Assembly (NCBI GenBank): GCA_902594515.1
Contig: CACJML010000002.1
Span: 128,911 to 192,910, forward strand
Reading direction: 5' to 3'
DNA: 64,000 bases
Source: an uncultured SAR86 cluster bacterium
GTDB taxonomy: Bacteria > Pseudomonadota > Gammaproteobacteria > Magnimaribacterales > D2472
This document shows positions 32,270-41,114 of this stretch, piece by piece (the first letter of the stretch is position 1; every line of letters starts with the position of its first letter). The position numbers and the translations under genes were made by a program. Under the pieces are notes generated by a model. The model was not told the DNA's origin, ran no database searches, and was given only the letters and a program-made list of their open reading frames with translations.

Positions 32270-32848
32270 TTAAGCTGTTTGATTAAATCCTTGAAAAATT
32301 TCACTTAGTGGCAATCCATTAATAGCCTCTAAACTTCCTTTGACCTCACTAAAAAGCTGATGACCATTTTCTTCATACTTATAAGCCCCGCATGCAGAGA
32401 AAGGTTGGTCTAAATTAACGTAATTTTGGATTTCACTTAGGCTTAACTCTCGCATTTTCATGGTACAGATAATTTCCACCTCATGAATAACTGAATTATC
32501 TTTAGAAAAAACATACTGACCAATCAAATAATGTGTTTTACCGCTTAGTTCTTTTAACTGATGAATTGCACGATCCACAGTTCTTGGTTTTGAAAAGATT
32601 TTATTTTTCAGTAAGCATATTTGATCGCATCCTAAAACCAAATGATTGGGAAATTTATGATTGATGCTTAAAGATTTAGCCTTGGCTAATTCATAACATA
32701 ATTGAGCTGGCTCCATTCCTTGAAGTGTTTTTTTTAAAGCATCTTCATCTGCTGTGGGCGAATAAAATTTTATTGAGCTATCGAACTTTGATGCTAATTT
32801 CCTTCGAATCTCAGATGTGGAGGCTAAAATCAGTGAATGATTTTCCAA
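32270..32848 (-). CDS. Maf family nucleoside triphosphate pyrophosphatase
   Basis: 'LILASTSEIRR', 'LAKAKS', 'VLGCDQ', 'KP', 'CGAYKYE', 'GLPL'. Confidence 0.85.
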   Translation of the reverse strand: MENHSLILASTSEIRRKLASKFDSSIKFYSPTADEDALKKTLQGMEPAQLCYELAKAKSLSINHKFPNHLVLGCDQICLLKNKIFSKPRTVDRAIHQLKELSGKTHYLIGQYVFSKDNSVIHEVEIICTMKMRELSLSEIQNYVNLDQPFSACGAYKYEENGHQLFSEVKGSLEAINGLPLSEIFQGFNQTA

Positions 32849-33481
32849 TTAATTTTTTGATAAATTAATAAATGATAAGAATTCGTTTCTTGTAACTTGA
32901 TTTTCTTTAAAAACTCCTTTCATACAGCTTGTTACCGTTGTTGATTCTGTTTTATGAACACCTCGCGTAGACATGCATTGGTGGCCGGCGTCAACGACAA
33001 CAGCTACACCTTTAGGATTTAAAACATTTTCAATGGTAGTAGCTATTTGCGAAGTCATCGTTTCTTGCGTTTGAAGCCTTTTACCAAAAACGTCAACTAT
33101 CCTAGCTAACTTACTTATTCCTACAACTCTATTGTTGGGTATATAACCAATATGAGCTTTTCCTAAAATTGGAACCATATGATGTTCACAATGAGATTCA
33201 AGGCGAATATCTTTGACAATAACCATCTCATCATAACCTTCGACTTCCTCAAAGGTTTTTCTTAGAATTTCTTCAGGATCCTGTTCATATCCCTCAAAAA
33301 ACTGCATATATGCATTAACAACTCTTTTTGGGGTTTCAATTAAGCCCTCTCTATTTGGATCATCGCCAGCCCATTCAATTAATGTTCTAACAGCATCCAT
33401 AGCTTTTTCTCTTGATGGTTTATTCGAAGTAGCATTGTTGGAAACTGCTTTCATCGGCTTTTTAACATCTGGTTTATTCAT
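32849..33481 (-). CDS. folE: GTP cyclohydrolase I
   Basis: 'ETPKRV', 'SHCEHH', 'GISKLARI', 'RLQTQE', 'HQCMSTRGV'; start moved to 33481. Confidence 0.95.
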   Translation of the reverse strand: MNKPDVKKPMKAVSNNATSNKPSREKAMDAVRTLIEWAGDDPNREGLIETPKRVVNAYMQFFEGYEQDPEEILRKTFEEVEGYDEMVIVKDIRLESHCEHHMVPILGKAHIGYIPNNRVVGISKLARIVDVFGKRLQTQETMTSQIATTIENVLNPKGVAVVVDAGHQCMSTRGVHKTESTTVTSCMKGVFKENQVTRNEFLSFINLSKN

Positions 33482-33533
33482 AGTGGGCACATTATAACGA
33501 CTAAAAAGTCTAATTTTAAAGGCCAATGCCTAA

Positions 33534-33893
33534 TTAATTTGATATTGTTGGTTCTTCTTCTGAAGATGCATTATCACTGGATTCAGGAATAACTTTTTCA
33601 ATATCATCATTACTTTCGATATCATCATCCTGATCAAATGGAAAAGGCTTCTGTTCAGTTTTGTAGGTTAAGTATTCAAAACTCTCTGTTAAGAAACTAA
33701 TTAGCCAGTTGGTAATGTTTTTAATTTGATTATTTGGTGAACCTGCAATTAAATGAAATAAAAACTGCAAGAAAATCAAGATTAGAATCAAAGGTAGTGC
33801 GATAATTTCTATTATTAACGAATATACAACCATAAACAGCAGGCGGATCCACTTGCTAGGTTTTAACAGTTCTTCTTTTTTTATCTCATTCAT
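33534..33893 (-). CDS. DUF4389-like membrane protein with acidic tail
   Basis: 'WIRLLFMV', 'QFLFHLIAGSPN', 'YLTYKTEQKPFPF'. Confidence 0.7.
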   Translation of the reverse strand: MNEIKKEELLKPSKWIRLLFMVVYSLIIEIIALPLILILIFLQFLFHLIAGSPNNQIKNITNWLISFLTESFEYLTYKTEQKPFPFDQDDDIESNDDIEKVIPESSDNASSEEEPTISN

Positions 33894-34917
33894 TTCCAAT
33901 TCCTCCAGCAAATTCTACATCAAGATGGCCTGGATGACTTATTAAATCATCCATTAATATATTTGGGTTTGCATTTTCAAAAACTATTTTATGTAAGGCA
34001 TTTACTAGTGGCATTGCTAGATTATTATTATTAGCCTCTTCATAAACAACTTCGAGTGTTCTTACACCTTCGGCGACCTGCCCAATTGCTGCTTTGGCCT
34101 CTTCAAGGCTGTCGCCTTTTGCAAGCCTTCTTCCAAGCGAAAAGTTCCTTGAGAGTTTTGAGGTACAGGTAGCGACCAAGTCACCCATTCCAGCTAAACC
34201 TAAAAAGGTTATTGGATTGGCTCCTTTATGAACAGCAAACTTACTCATCTCAGTCATGCTTCTAGTGATAATTAAACCTATGGCATTTTCACCAACATCT
34301 AACTCATCTCCTATGCCACAACAAATGGCATAAATATTTTTTAGAGCACCTGCATACTCAACCCCTTTTACGTCAGCACTTTCATAAATCTTAAATTTCT
34401 CACTCTCTAGCGCGTTCTTGATTAATGCTTTTAATTCAGCGTTATGGGAGGCAATTACTGAGCCAGCTACCTTTTCATTCGCAATTTCCTTAGCTAAATT
34501 TGGTCCACTTAGAACCCCAAATTTATCGCCAATGATTGTATCTAGTTCATGAGAGATGATTTCTGTCATACTTCGCATGGGATTTTTGGCAATTGCTTTG
34601 GTGCATGAAACAACATACATGTTGTCCTCAACAAGAGGTTTGAGTCGTTTAATAATATTTTCAAAGATTGTGCTTGGCGTTGCGACTAATACTAGATCAG
34701 CCTCTGAAATGCATTGTTCTAGGCGCTCGGACGCAATGATTTTCTCAGAAAGTTTTAGCTCCGGATGATACGTAGCATTGGCCCCCTCAGCATTAATTCT
34801 AAGAGCTTGCTCTGTATCTCTTACCCAAAGAGAGGTTTCAAAGCCATTTGAAGCAGACAAATTGGCAAGTACAGTCCCAAAACTGCCGCCTCCCAAAACA
34901 GCGATTTTTTTATTCAT
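33886..34917 (-). CDS. gpsA: NAD(P)H-dependent glycerol-3-phosphate dehydrogenase
   Basis: 'AVLGGGSFGT', 'LSGPNLAKE', 'GALKNIYAI', 'GDLVATC...SRN', 'AEG'. Confidence 0.95.
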   Translation of the reverse strand: MNKKIAVLGGGSFGTVLANLSASNGFETSLWVRDTEQALRINAEGANATYHPELKLSEKIIASERLEQCISEADLVLVATPSTIFENIIKRLKPLVEDNMYVVSCTKAIAKNPMRSMTEIISHELDTIIGDKFGVLSGPNLAKEIANEKVAGSVIASHNAELKALIKNALESEKFKIYESADVKGVEYAGALKNIYAICCGIGDELDVGENAIGLIITRSMTEMSKFAVHKGANPITFLGLAGMGDLVATCTSKLSRNFSLGRRLAKGDSLEEAKAAIGQVAEGVRTLEVVYEEANNNNLAMPLVNALHKIVFENANPNILMDDLISHPGHLDVEFAGGIGNE

Positions 34918-34922
34918 GCTTA

Positions 34923-36740
34923 TCAGATCAGAAATTTATCCAGCTGCCTCAAATACTTTGAAGGATCTTTGGGAGATCCCCCTTCAGCAATAATTGCATA
35001 ATCCAGTAGAAATTTACTGAAATTACTAAATTCTCTCCCCTCGAGCGTATCAAGTTTTTTTATCAGTTTGTGCTTAAGGTTTATTTCAAGGCTAGGTTTC
35101 GAATCTGGAATTTTTTGCCCTGCTGATTCAAGAATTTTACGCATTTGAATGCCAGGATCATGCTTTGCAGTGACCAATCTTGCAGCTGAATCAACCAGTC
35201 TGCTGCTTACGACAACCTCTGCAACCTCATCTTTTAGCTTGCTTGTAATTCTTTCAATAAGTTTCTCATTATCCTTTGATAATTTGGGTTTAGATTCAGC
35301 ATCGTCAAAATCTGCTTTAGCGGCATTCACCAATTCTTTGCCATTATATTCGGAAAGGGTTGTCATTAACCATTCATCAATACGATCCGTAAGTAATAAA
35401 ACTTCGGTATCAGCCTTTTTTAGACTTTCAATATGCGGTGAATTCAATGCTGCTTCATAGGTATCTCCAAGACAGTAATAAATCTTATCCTGATCTTTAT
35501 CCATCCTTTCAATATAGCTGTCTAGATCAACATTTACTTCACCATCATCATTCTTACTTGAAGTAAAGATAAATAAACTTGCAATTTCATCTTTATTTTC
35601 ATAATCCTCAGCAGGACCCTCTTTAAGCGCAAGACCAAATTCATGCCAAAATTCTTGATAGGTACTCATGTCATCTTTTTTAAGTTTTTTTAGAGCATCT
35701 AAGACACGTTTGGTTAGAGCTTTTTTGATTGAATCAACCAAGGGATGTTCTTGCAAGATTTCCCTGGAAACATTAAGGGGTAAATCGCTTGAGTCAATGA
35801 CCCCCTTAACAAACCGTAAATAAATGGGTAGGAAATGCGCTGCATCATCCATGATAAAGACACGCTGAATAAAAAGCTTTAAGCCTTTAGGGGTATCACG
35901 ATTCCATAAATCAAAGGGTGATTTCTTTGGAATGTAAAGAAGGTTTGAATACTCCTGCTTGCCTTCAACTTTATTATGAATCCACAACAAAGGATCATCA
36001 AAGTCGTGACTTAGATACTTATAAAATTCTTTATACTCATCTTCTTTGACGGACCTTTTTGATTTTAGCCAAATTGCTTCATTATCATTTAATCTCTTTT
36101 TCTCCATGCCTTCAGCCGATAGGTAGATTGGGAAATTAATGTATTGTGAGTATTTTGAAATTATGAAACTAACTCTGGATTCATCAATAAACTCTTTATT
36201 TTCATCATTTAGATAAATTATGATGGTGGTTCCATGATCATCTTTAGATTTTTTTGAAAGTTCGTAAGTGTCTTCTCCAGAACTTTTCCATAAATGTCCA
36301 TCATCCTCTTTATCTATTGCAGATTTCGAATGGACTTCAACTTCTTTTGCAACCATAAACACAGAATAGAAACCCACTCCAAATTGGCCTATTAACTGCG
36401 AATCTTTCTGTTTATCTCCGGTAATACTACTTAAAAAACTTGCAGTTCCAGATTTTGCAATGGTGCCAATATTTTCTATTAGCTCGGCTTCAGTCATGCC
36501 AATACCATTATCTGAAATGGAGATGATATTGTTTTTTGGATCCAGGCTAATGCTGATAGCGTAATCGCTTTGAAGTGAGGAGTCCTCGAGTGATTTAAAT
36601 CTTAATTTATCAAGTGCATCTGATGCATTAGAAATCAATTCTCTAAGAAAAATCTCTTTATTTGAATAAAGAGAGTGAATCATCAGCTGAAGTAACTGTT
36701 TGGTCTCGGTTTGAAAAGCTTTAGTTTTTGGTCTGGCCAT
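34923..36740 (-). CDS. htpG: Hsp90 chaperone HtpG
   Basis: 'YSNKEIFLRELISNASDA', 'DNGIGM', 'IGQFGVGFYS', 'LPLNVSRE'. Confidence 0.96.
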   Translation of the reverse strand: MARPKTKAFQTETKQLLQLMIHSLYSNKEIFLRELISNASDALDKLRFKSLEDSSLQSDYAISISLDPKNNIISISDNGIGMTEAELIENIGTIAKSGTASFLSSITGDKQKDSQLIGQFGVGFYSVFMVAKEVEVHSKSAIDKEDDGHLWKSSGEDTYELSKKSKDDHGTTIIIYLNDENKEFIDESRVSFIISKYSQYINFPIYLSAEGMEKKRLNDNEAIWLKSKRSVKEDEYKEFYKYLSHDFDDPLLWIHNKVEGKQEYSNLLYIPKKSPFDLWNRDTPKGLKLFIQRVFIMDDAAHFLPIYLRFVKGVIDSSDLPLNVSREILQEHPLVDSIKKALTKRVLDALKKLKKDDMSTYQEFWHEFGLALKEGPAEDYENKDEIASLFIFTSSKNDDGEVNVDLDSYIERMDKDQDKIYYCLGDTYEAALNSPHIESLKKADTEVLLLTDRIDEWLMTTLSEYNGKELVNAAKADFDDAESKPKLSKDNEKLIERITSKLKDEVAEVVVSSRLVDSAARLVTAKHDPGIQMRKILESAGQKIPDSKPSLEINLKHKLIKKLDTLEGREFSNFSKFLLDYAIIAEGGSPKDPSKYLRQLDKFLI

Positions 36741-36762
36741 AATTATCCCTATGTTGATACTT

Positions 36763-36790
36763 ATATAGTGCTTGAGATCATGAGTTCAAC
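36763..36790 (-). promoter_or_regulatory. Candidate sigma32 (RpoH) promoter for htpG
   Basis: Minus strand GTTGAA-N14-CACTATAT; same layout as the element upstream of hsp20. Confidence 0.55.
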
Positions 36791-36792
36791 TC

Positions 36793-36948
36793 TTAGTTAC
36801 CCTTTCTTGATTCCCTTCGATGCTCACCTCTGCACTTTTTGCTGCAAAATTGTACATTATCCCAATCTTTTTCCCATTTCTTTCTCCAATTAAAGAGTTT
36901 GCTGCATTGCAAACAAGTTTTGGAGGGTAAATTGAGTTTTTTGTGCAA
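36793..36948 (-). CDS. DUF2256-like small Cys-rich protein (51 aa, not in ORF track)
   Basis: Manual translation from TTG: MHKKLNLPSKTCLQCSKLFNWRKKWEKDWDNVQFCSKKCRGEHRRESRKGN; matches the DUF2256 pattern LPxKxCxxC..F.WRKKW..W..V..CS..C. Confidence 0.85.
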   Translation of the reverse strand: MHKKLNLPSKTCLQCSKLFNWRKKWEKDWDNVQFCSKKCRGEHRRESRKGN

Positions 36949-36955
36949 AGTTAAC

Positions 36956-37342
36956 TTATAAAGAAAAGAAAATAAGAATCGATGAAATAAATATAACTGC
37001 TGTGCAATAAACGCTTAAGCCATGCAAATAACTAAAAGTTTTAGACCAATCCCTATCTCTCGCTGCATTGGTTGCAGGAATCACGATAAAACCAATGGCT
37101 GCATGGATAGCATTAAAAATAGATAAGTACCAAACATAAGCTGTTGTTTCATTAAACAAAGCGTAAATCAGAACTGGAAAAGAGAAAATTAATAGTCCTA
37201 GGTAATACCTTGGGAAGATTTTTCTGAGGAATTTTGAAGATGATTCATCATCCAGCACACTAAAAATGATAGGGGTGGTAAGAGCAAGATGCGTCAATAC
37301 AATTCCTGCCTGAAATACGATGGTTAGTTTTAATATCTCCAT
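36956..37342 (-). CDS. DUF4149-like membrane protein
   Basis: Four TM segments, 'PIIFSVLD...KFLRKIFPRYY', 'PATNAARD', 'LHGLSV'; start moved to ATG 37342. Confidence 0.7.
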   Translation of the reverse strand: MEILKLTIVFQAGIVLTHLALTTPIIFSVLDDESSSKFLRKIFPRYYLGLLIFSFPVLIYALFNETTAYVWYLSIFNAIHAAIGFIVIPATNAARDRDWSKTFSYLHGLSVYCTAVIFISSILIFFSL

Positions 37343-37360
37343 ACTCAATACAGCGCACAA

Positions 37361-37438
37361 TGGCGGACCGGACGGGACTCGAACCCGCGACCTCCTGCGT
37401 GACAGGCAGGCATTCTAACCAGACTGAACTACCGGTCC
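37361..37438 (-). tRNA. tRNA-Asp (GUC)
   Basis: Reverse complement GGACCGGTAGTTCAGTCTGGTTAGAATGCCTGCCTGTCACGCAGGAGGTCGCGGGTTCGAGTCCCGTCCGGTCCGCCA. Confidence 0.95.
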
Positions 37439-37603
37439 GCGATAGTTCCCGAATAATATCTATTTAAAAATTTTCTGCAAGTATTCTTGATGGTTAAATT
37501 TAAAAAAATTGATTTTTTCATAAACATCTGACATCCTTTTGGGAATAAAAACTTCTTTAAGGGGGAGTTTTTAGTTTATAAACTAAAAATAATAGGAGTA
37601 AAC

Positions 37604-38335
37604 ATGAAATATCTATTAGCTTTAGTCGGTGTCGTTGCAATGCCTAGCTTTGCAGCTGATCTTTCGACTAACGATATGACAGGTATTACTTTTTGGCTAG
37701 TAACTGCTGCAATGTTGGCAGCTACAGTCTTTTTCTTTGCTGAAAGAGATGTAGTCAAAGGTAAATGGAAAACTTCACTTTCAGTAGCTGGTTTGGTTAC
37801 TGGTGTGGCGTTTTGGCATTATCTATACATGAGAGGTGTTTGGGCTGATACTGGCACATCACCAACTGTGTACAGATATATTGACTGGTTGATAACAGTG
37901 CCTCTACAAATAATTGAATTTTATTTGATACTGAGGGTTTGCACTAATGTGGGTTCTGGATTGTTCTGGAAACTTCTTGTTGCATCACTTGTTATGCTTA
38001 TTGCAGGTTTCTTAGGTGAAATCGGATCTGCACCAGCATGGCCAGCGTTTATAGTCGGGATGATAGCTTGGTTATACATTATCTATGAGGTGTTCTCTGG
38101 TGAAGCCGGACAACTCAATGCCTCTAGTGGTAATGCTGCGGCTCAAAGCGCTTTTAGTACTATAAGATTAATTGTAACTTTTGGATGGGCTATTTATCCA
38201 ATAGGTTATATCTTAGGTGTTGGAAGTAATCCTGATATGGCAAATGCAAACATAATCTATAACCTTGCTGATTTTATTAATAAAATTGCGTTTGGTTTAG
38301 CGATATATGTTGCTGCCGTAAGCGATTCAGACTAA
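37604..38335 (+). CDS. Proteorhodopsin (DTE proton pump), predicted blue-absorbing
   Basis: 'FWHYLYM' (His75), 'YRYIDWLITVPLQIIE' (Asp97, Thr101, Gln105, Glu108 in GPR numbering), 'DFINK' (Asp227, Schiff-base Lys231); SD AGGAG. Confidence 0.96.
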   Translation: MKYLLALVGVVAMPSFAADLSTNDMTGITFWLVTAAMLAATVFFFAERDVVKGKWKTSLSVAGLVTGVAFWHYLYMRGVWADTGTSPTVYRYIDWLITVPLQIIEFYLILRVCTNVGSGLFWKLLVASLVMLIAGFLGEIGSAPAWPAFIVGMIAWLYIIYEVFSGEAGQLNASSGNAAAQSAFSTIRLIVTFGWAIYPIGYILGVGSNPDMANANIIYNLADFINKIAFGLAIYVAAVSDSD

Positions 38336-38352
38336 TTTAAATTTGTTTGATG

Positions 38353-38380
38353 AAGCCCGGATTTATCCGGGCTTTTTTTT
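38353..38380 (+). terminator. Rho-independent terminator after proteorhodopsin
   Basis: AAGCCCGGA-TTTA-TCCGGGC followed by T8. Confidence 0.9.
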
Positions 38381-38383
38381 GGC

Positions 38384-38459
38384 TGGTGGGTGATGACAGG
38401 CTCGAACTGCCGACCCTCTCGGTGTAAACGAGATGCTCTCCCAACTGAGCTAATCACCC
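38384..38459 (-). tRNA. tRNA-Val (UAC)
   Basis: Reverse complement GGGTGATTAGCTCAGTTGGGAGAGCATCTCGTTTACACCGAGAGGGTCGGCAGTTCGAGCCTGTCATCACCCACCA. Confidence 0.95.
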
Positions 38460-38869
38460 GAAAAAAGTTCGTTCATCTGGTTTTCCATTGCTTGGTAATC
38501 CCAGAAAGCACGTAATGATACTATTTTATTATCTGAATTAACACGGTAAATGACGATCATCTTTGTCTTAATCTCAGCACCATTTATTTTATTGGTTATA
38601 TGCACAAAGTTAGCGCACTCATCACCACACGGAATAGATTCTTTGATTTCAAATATTAAATCTCCATTGGCAATAACGTTATCGTAAAAGGCCTCAATTG
38701 CTTCCAATCCCTTGTGCCCCTCTCCAGAAGGATCTAATGGACTAACTCCAATAGGATCTTGCACAACCGCATTTTTCGCAAATAAACTTAACCACTTAGC
38801 TTTGTCTTTACCGACGGCATACTCTCTTGATAAAAACCCTAATTCTTGTGCTTTAGTTTTTGCTTCCAT
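38450..38869 (-). CDS. NTF2/SnoaL-like (ketosteroid isomerase-like) protein
   Basis: 'WLSLFAKNAVVQDPIG...GHKGLEAIEAFYD', 'IVSLRAFW'. Confidence 0.8.
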   Translation of the reverse strand: MEAKTKAQELGFLSREYAVGKDKAKWLSLFAKNAVVQDPIGVSPLDPSGEGHKGLEAIEAFYDNVIANGDLIFEIKESIPCGDECANFVHITNKINGAEIKTKMIVIYRVNSDNKIVSLRAFWDYQAMENQMNELFSGD

Positions 38870-39746
38870 TTGTTAACTCCAATCTAGCCAAGTATATTCC
38901 AGTCAAAGCAAGTACACCAAACATCGATTGAAAGATCGTAAGCCATTCCATCATGATCAGTGCGCCTAAAATAGTTGCCGTAATAGGCTGCATCAGTAAT
39001 CCAATTGCAGCAAAGGATGCTTTCACTTTTGGCATACCAATAGTAATAAAGTATTGCCCCCCTACCTGGCAAAGGACTGCAAGAGCAATTAAGTTGAGCC
39101 ATCCATTAATTTCAGTTGGCATATATACAGAGGATTCAGCAAATGCTGCAGGCAAAGAAAACAACCCACAGAAGAAAGTCGTATAAAGAATGACTTTAGT
39201 TGGGCTCTCATGACCTAATCGAGAAATTAAAATCAAATAGGCTGCATAAAAAAAAGCTGCAATCAGTGATATAACATCACCAAAGATAGAGCTTGGAGTT
39301 TGATCGGGTGAACCAATTATCAAACCAAATACACCTAAGTAAGTAATAAGCATCGCTAGAATTAACTTAATAGTTATGGCTTCTCTGAGGATAAAAAAAC
39401 CAAATAGGGCCACATAAATAGGTGCAGTATTTACCATAATCGTAGCATTAGAAATGGATGTAAATTCAAGACTCCAATGCCAGCCGGTCATATCAATACA
39501 AAATGCAAGTCCTGCAATTACAGCAATCAAATAAGTTTTTCGCTCTTTTAATCGAAAAGGATTTTTTGAGTCTAAATAAAAATTTAAAACCAATAAAAAG
39601 GGTAATGCTAAAAACATTCTGTAAAAAAGAACCCAGCTTGGACTCAGCTCGCTGAGTCTTACAAAAATGGGTGCAATCCCAATTAGTGCGGCACCAAATG
39701 CAAGAATTAAAAAGGCAGCAACTGAATGTTTTTGAATTTGCATCAC
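38853..39746 (-). CDS. DMT (EamA) family transporter
   Basis: About 10 TM segments, 'APIFVRLS', 'TSISNATIMVNTAPIYV', two-repeat architecture; GTG 39746 or ATG 39743 start. Confidence 0.85.
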   Translation of the reverse strand: MMQIQKHSVAAFLILAFGAALIGIAPIFVRLSELSPSWVLFYRMFLALPFLLVLNFYLDSKNPFRLKERKTYLIAVIAGLAFCIDMTGWHWSLEFTSISNATIMVNTAPIYVALFGFFILREAITIKLILAMLITYLGVFGLIIGSPDQTPSSIFGDVISLIAAFFYAAYLILISRLGHESPTKVILYTTFFCGLFSLPAAFAESSVYMPTEINGWLNLIALAVLCQVGGQYFITIGMPKVKASFAAIGLLMQPITATILGALIMMEWLTIFQSMFGVLALTGIYLARLELTNGSKN

Positions 39747-39773
39747 GATATACTAGCTTAGAAAATATCAAAT

Positions 39774-41114
39774 ATGGACGAGAACAATAATTTTATTTCC
39801 GTCGGTGAACTCAACCGTAAAGCCAAGCACCTACTCGAATCTGAGCTAGGTACAGTTCAGGTGGTTGGAGAAGTATCTAACCTTGCAAAGCCCTCTTCTG
39901 GGCATATGTATTTTACCCTTAAAGATGAAGATGGGGCTGTGAGGTGTGCGATGTTTAGAAATCAAAATATTCGTCTTAACTTTGCTCCAGAAAACGGAGA
40001 CTTATGTGCGGTGGAAGCTCAAGTTAGTCTTTATGCACCTAGGGGTGACTATCAACTCATTGTTAGTCGAATGGAACCCTACGGTGAAGGGAACTTAGCC
40101 AAACAATTTGAATTATTGAAAGCCAAACTTGAAAAAGAAGGTTTATTTGATCATGCTCTCAAACGCGAAATTCCAAAATACCCAATCCATGTCGCTGTAG
40201 TGACCTCCTCCTCTACAGCAGCCTTTCAAGACGTAATGACTACCGTTGAACGAAGAGCAAGAAATACGCAGCTCACCATCGTAGAAGCCACTGTCCAAGG
40301 CGATACAGCTCCTAGAAGTTTAATAAATGCGCTCGAACAAATAGAGGCATTTAATGCAAATAACCCAAGCAATGCATTTGATTTAATTCTTATGTGTCGT
40401 GGAGGAGGTTCAATTGAAGATTTATGGTGCTTTAACCATGAGGACTTGGCTCGAAAGATCCATCGTTTAGACATTCCACTTATTTCAGCGGTGGGTCATG
40501 AAATTGACTTCACCATTTGCGATTTTGTTGCTGACTTGAGGGCGCCCACGCCCACAGCAGGTGCAGAAATTGTTACTGAGTATTATTATCAATCACTCGA
40601 ACTCTTGAATGAACTCCAAGAAAAGATTAAGAAATCTTTTCAGGCATCCATCAATGATGAACAGCAAAAGATTGCTCTTTTAAAAGCTCAACTTAAATCA
40701 CCTCTCTCCGTAATTAAAGAGCGAGCTCAGGCCATTGATTCCATGGAGTTAAAAATTTTCCAAAATGTAAAAAATGCACTTAAAGATAAGCATCAGGCCA
40801 TTTCTATTAATCAGACTTCCTTGAATCAGCTAACGCCTTCAAAAAAAATTAGAGAATTACGATTGCGCTTCATGCAGCTGACTAAAGAATTTAAAGGTAA
40901 AATTGCGCGCAGACTTGAGGATCACCTTACTCAACTTAGTGGAATTGAAAAAAGACTCCATGCAGTTAGCCCATATTCTATTCTTGATCGCGGTTACTCA
41001 ATTGTTACTAACTCTAACCAAGAAATTATAAAAAATGTTGATCAGGCTAAGCCCTCAGAGAAGCTCTCTGTAAAACTTTCAGATGGTGAACTATCGGTGG
41101 AAGTATCAAAGTGA
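39774..41114 (+). CDS. xseA: Exodeoxyribonuclease VII large subunit
   Basis: 'GEVSN...SGHMYFTLKD', 'RGGGSIEDLW', 'SAVGHEIDFTI', 'APTPTA', 'SPYSILDRGYS'. Confidence 0.95.
   Translation: MDENNNFISVGELNRKAKHLLESELGTVQVVGEVSNLAKPSSGHMYFTLKDEDGAVRCAMFRNQNIRLNFAPENGDLCAVEAQVSLYAPRGDYQLIVSRMEPYGEGNLAKQFELLKAKLEKEGLFDHALKREIPKYPIHVAVVTSSSTAAFQDVMTTVERRARNTQLTIVEATVQGDTAPRSLINALEQIEAFNANNPSNAFDLILMCRGGGSIEDLWCFNHEDLARKIHRLDIPLISAVGHEIDFTICDFVADLRAPTPTAGAEIVTEYYYQSLELLNELQEKIKKSFQASINDEQQKIALLKAQLKSPLSVIKERAQAIDSMELKIFQNVKNALKDKHQAISINQTSLNQLTPSKKIRELRLRFMQLTKEFKGKIARRLEDHLTQLSGIEKRLHAVSPYSILDRGYSIVTNSNQEIIKNVDQAKPSEKLSVKLSDGELSVEVSK

Noticed and set aside
36711-36893. 60-aa plus-strand ORF
   Set aside because: Antisense to the htpG start and the better-supported DUF2256-like gene
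38027-38065. Carotenoid-antenna-binding rhodopsin
   Set aside because: Phe rather than Gly at the fenestration position (WPAFIVG)
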